In this document: positions 63,046-64,000 of the stretch, one piece after another | How the letters are laid out: the number at the start of each line of letters is the position of its first letter | How positions within the stretch are numbered: position 1 is the first letter of the stretch | Assembly: GCA_965645245.1 (NCBI GenBank) | Contig: OZ287072.1 | Span: 1,488,001-1,552,000 of the forward strand | Source of the DNA: Massalongia carnosa | Lineage: Eukaryota | Length of the DNA stretch: 64,000 bases | Direction: 5' to 3' | The notes under the pieces: generated by a model | Seen by the model: the letters and a program-made list of their open reading frames with translations, nothing else | The model's database searches: none | What the model was told of the DNA's origin: nothing | Translations under genes and position numbers: made by a program

Positions 63046-63963
63046 ATGAATTCTCCGAAGCAGAGCAAGAAGTCGAAAACAAGAACCGTTTATCCCGACC
63101 CCCTTGTGATCTCACCTTCCATTGAACACTCTCACACTTTTATCATTCTTCACGGTCGAGGCAGCAATGCCTCGCGCTTTGGATTGAAATTTCTCGAATC
63201 GGCAGTCACATCCGGAAAAAATCTACAGCAGTTGTACCCTGGCATGAAGTTCATTTTCCCTACCGCCAAGAAACGCCGCTCTGCCATCTTCAAGCGAACA
63301 CCTATAAACCAGTGGTTTGACAATTGGTCGCTTGATGACCCTTCTGAGCGTGAGGAGCTGCAGGTCGACGGTGTGCGAGAAACGGGCTTGTTCATTCACG
63401 GGCTGCTTAGGGCCGAGGCGGAGACGGTGCCTTTAAAAAACATCCTGATTGGTGGGTTGAGCCAGGGGTGCGCTATGGCCCTGCATGTGCTTTTGAGCTT
63501 TACGTCTACTTTGGGTGAATTTGAGGCCCTGGGTGGGTTTATAGGAATGAGCGGGTGGTTGCCGCTTCGAAATTCGCTGGAGGAGATTATTCACCCGGAC
63601 GACAATGACGCCGATGACGATCCATTTTCTCATAGGAGTGACGATGGCCAGGATGGGCAAAGCATCGCTGTCCGCGTTATCAACTCCGTAAGAGACAACA
63701 TGAATCTTCCTCCGGTCAGCAATGCTTCGTGTTTACTCACACCCGCCTTCCTCGTCCACGGCTCAGCCGACAAGAAAGTTTCGGTGAAGCTTGGCGAGCA
63801 GGCGGCGGCGACGTTGAGAGACGTGGGTATTGATGTCAGGTGGAAGGCCTACAAGGAATTTAGCCACTGGTACAAGGTTCCGGACGAAATTGAGGACATT
63901 GTCAGGTTTTTAAGTGAAAAGGTTGGGATAAGGGCTGAAGGCGACGAGGGGAAGGGGTCTTGA
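63046..63963 (+). CDS. Phospholipase/carboxylesterase (acyl-protein thioesterase family)
   Basis: IILHGRGSN, KFIFPTA, NQWFD, GGLSQG nucleophile, GMSGWLP, HGSADKKV, FSHWY. Single exon; ATG at 63046. Confidence 0.9.
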   Translation: MNSPKQSKKSKTRTVYPDPLVISPSIEHSHTFIILHGRGSNASRFGLKFLESAVTSGKNLQQLYPGMKFIFPTAKKRRSAIFKRTPINQWFDNWSLDDPSEREELQVDGVRETGLFIHGLLRAEAETVPLKNILIGGLSQGCAMALHVLLSFTSTLGEFEALGGFIGMSGWLPLRNSLEEIIHPDDNDADDDPFSHRSDDGQDGQSIAVRVINSVRDNMNLPPVSNASCLLTPAFLVHGSADKKVSVKLGEQAAATLRDVGIDVRWKAYKEFSHWYKVPDEIEDIVRFLSEKVGIRAEGDEGKGS

Positions 63964-64000
63964 CTTCTATTGCGTATAGTTATGAATACCGTAGGCAACT

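Noticed and set aside
1..64000. tRNA, rRNA, snRNA genes or CRISPR arrays
   Set aside because: None recognised by eye. tRNAscan-SE and Infernal would be needed to exclude small RNAs; the sequence is fungal nuclear DNA with no repeat-spacer array.

Overview
Intron-containing eukaryotic DNA from a filamentous ascomycete (Pezizomycotina), judged from short GT-AG introns with CTRAY branch points and fungal gene families. Two conserved housekeeping blocks flank a ~33 kb accessory region. Left block (1-13.6 kb): Osh6/7-type OSBP 3' end, LACTB2-like metallo-beta-lactamase, JID1-like J-protein, a conserved hypothetical, a zinc metallopeptidase with a jacalin-like tail and a Whi5/Nrm1-type repressor. 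Right block (48-58.6 kb): RasGAP, RRP6, MDM35 and PRI1. The accessory region (14-47 kb) holds a near-intact Fot1/pogo transposon, a dead DD34E Tc1 element with an intact Tc1 nested in it, two secreted-protein genes and a decaying immunity-like island (HeLo/SesA-like protein, pseudogenised lipase-NACHT-ankyrin NLR, and a divergent eEF1A-like G-domain with a broken P-loop). After PRI1 come three pseudogenes (DUF167, APH-kinase-like, DUF6540-like) and an intact carboxylesterase/thioesterase. The most notable unexplained signal is a dispersed 9-mer, TA-C(G/A)GAG-TA. One copy is demonstrably an insertion into a transposase ORF and matches the terminus of the host transposon, which suggests these motifs are Tc1-type excision scars stacked at promoter hot spots. 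All calls are by eye; no database searches were run.
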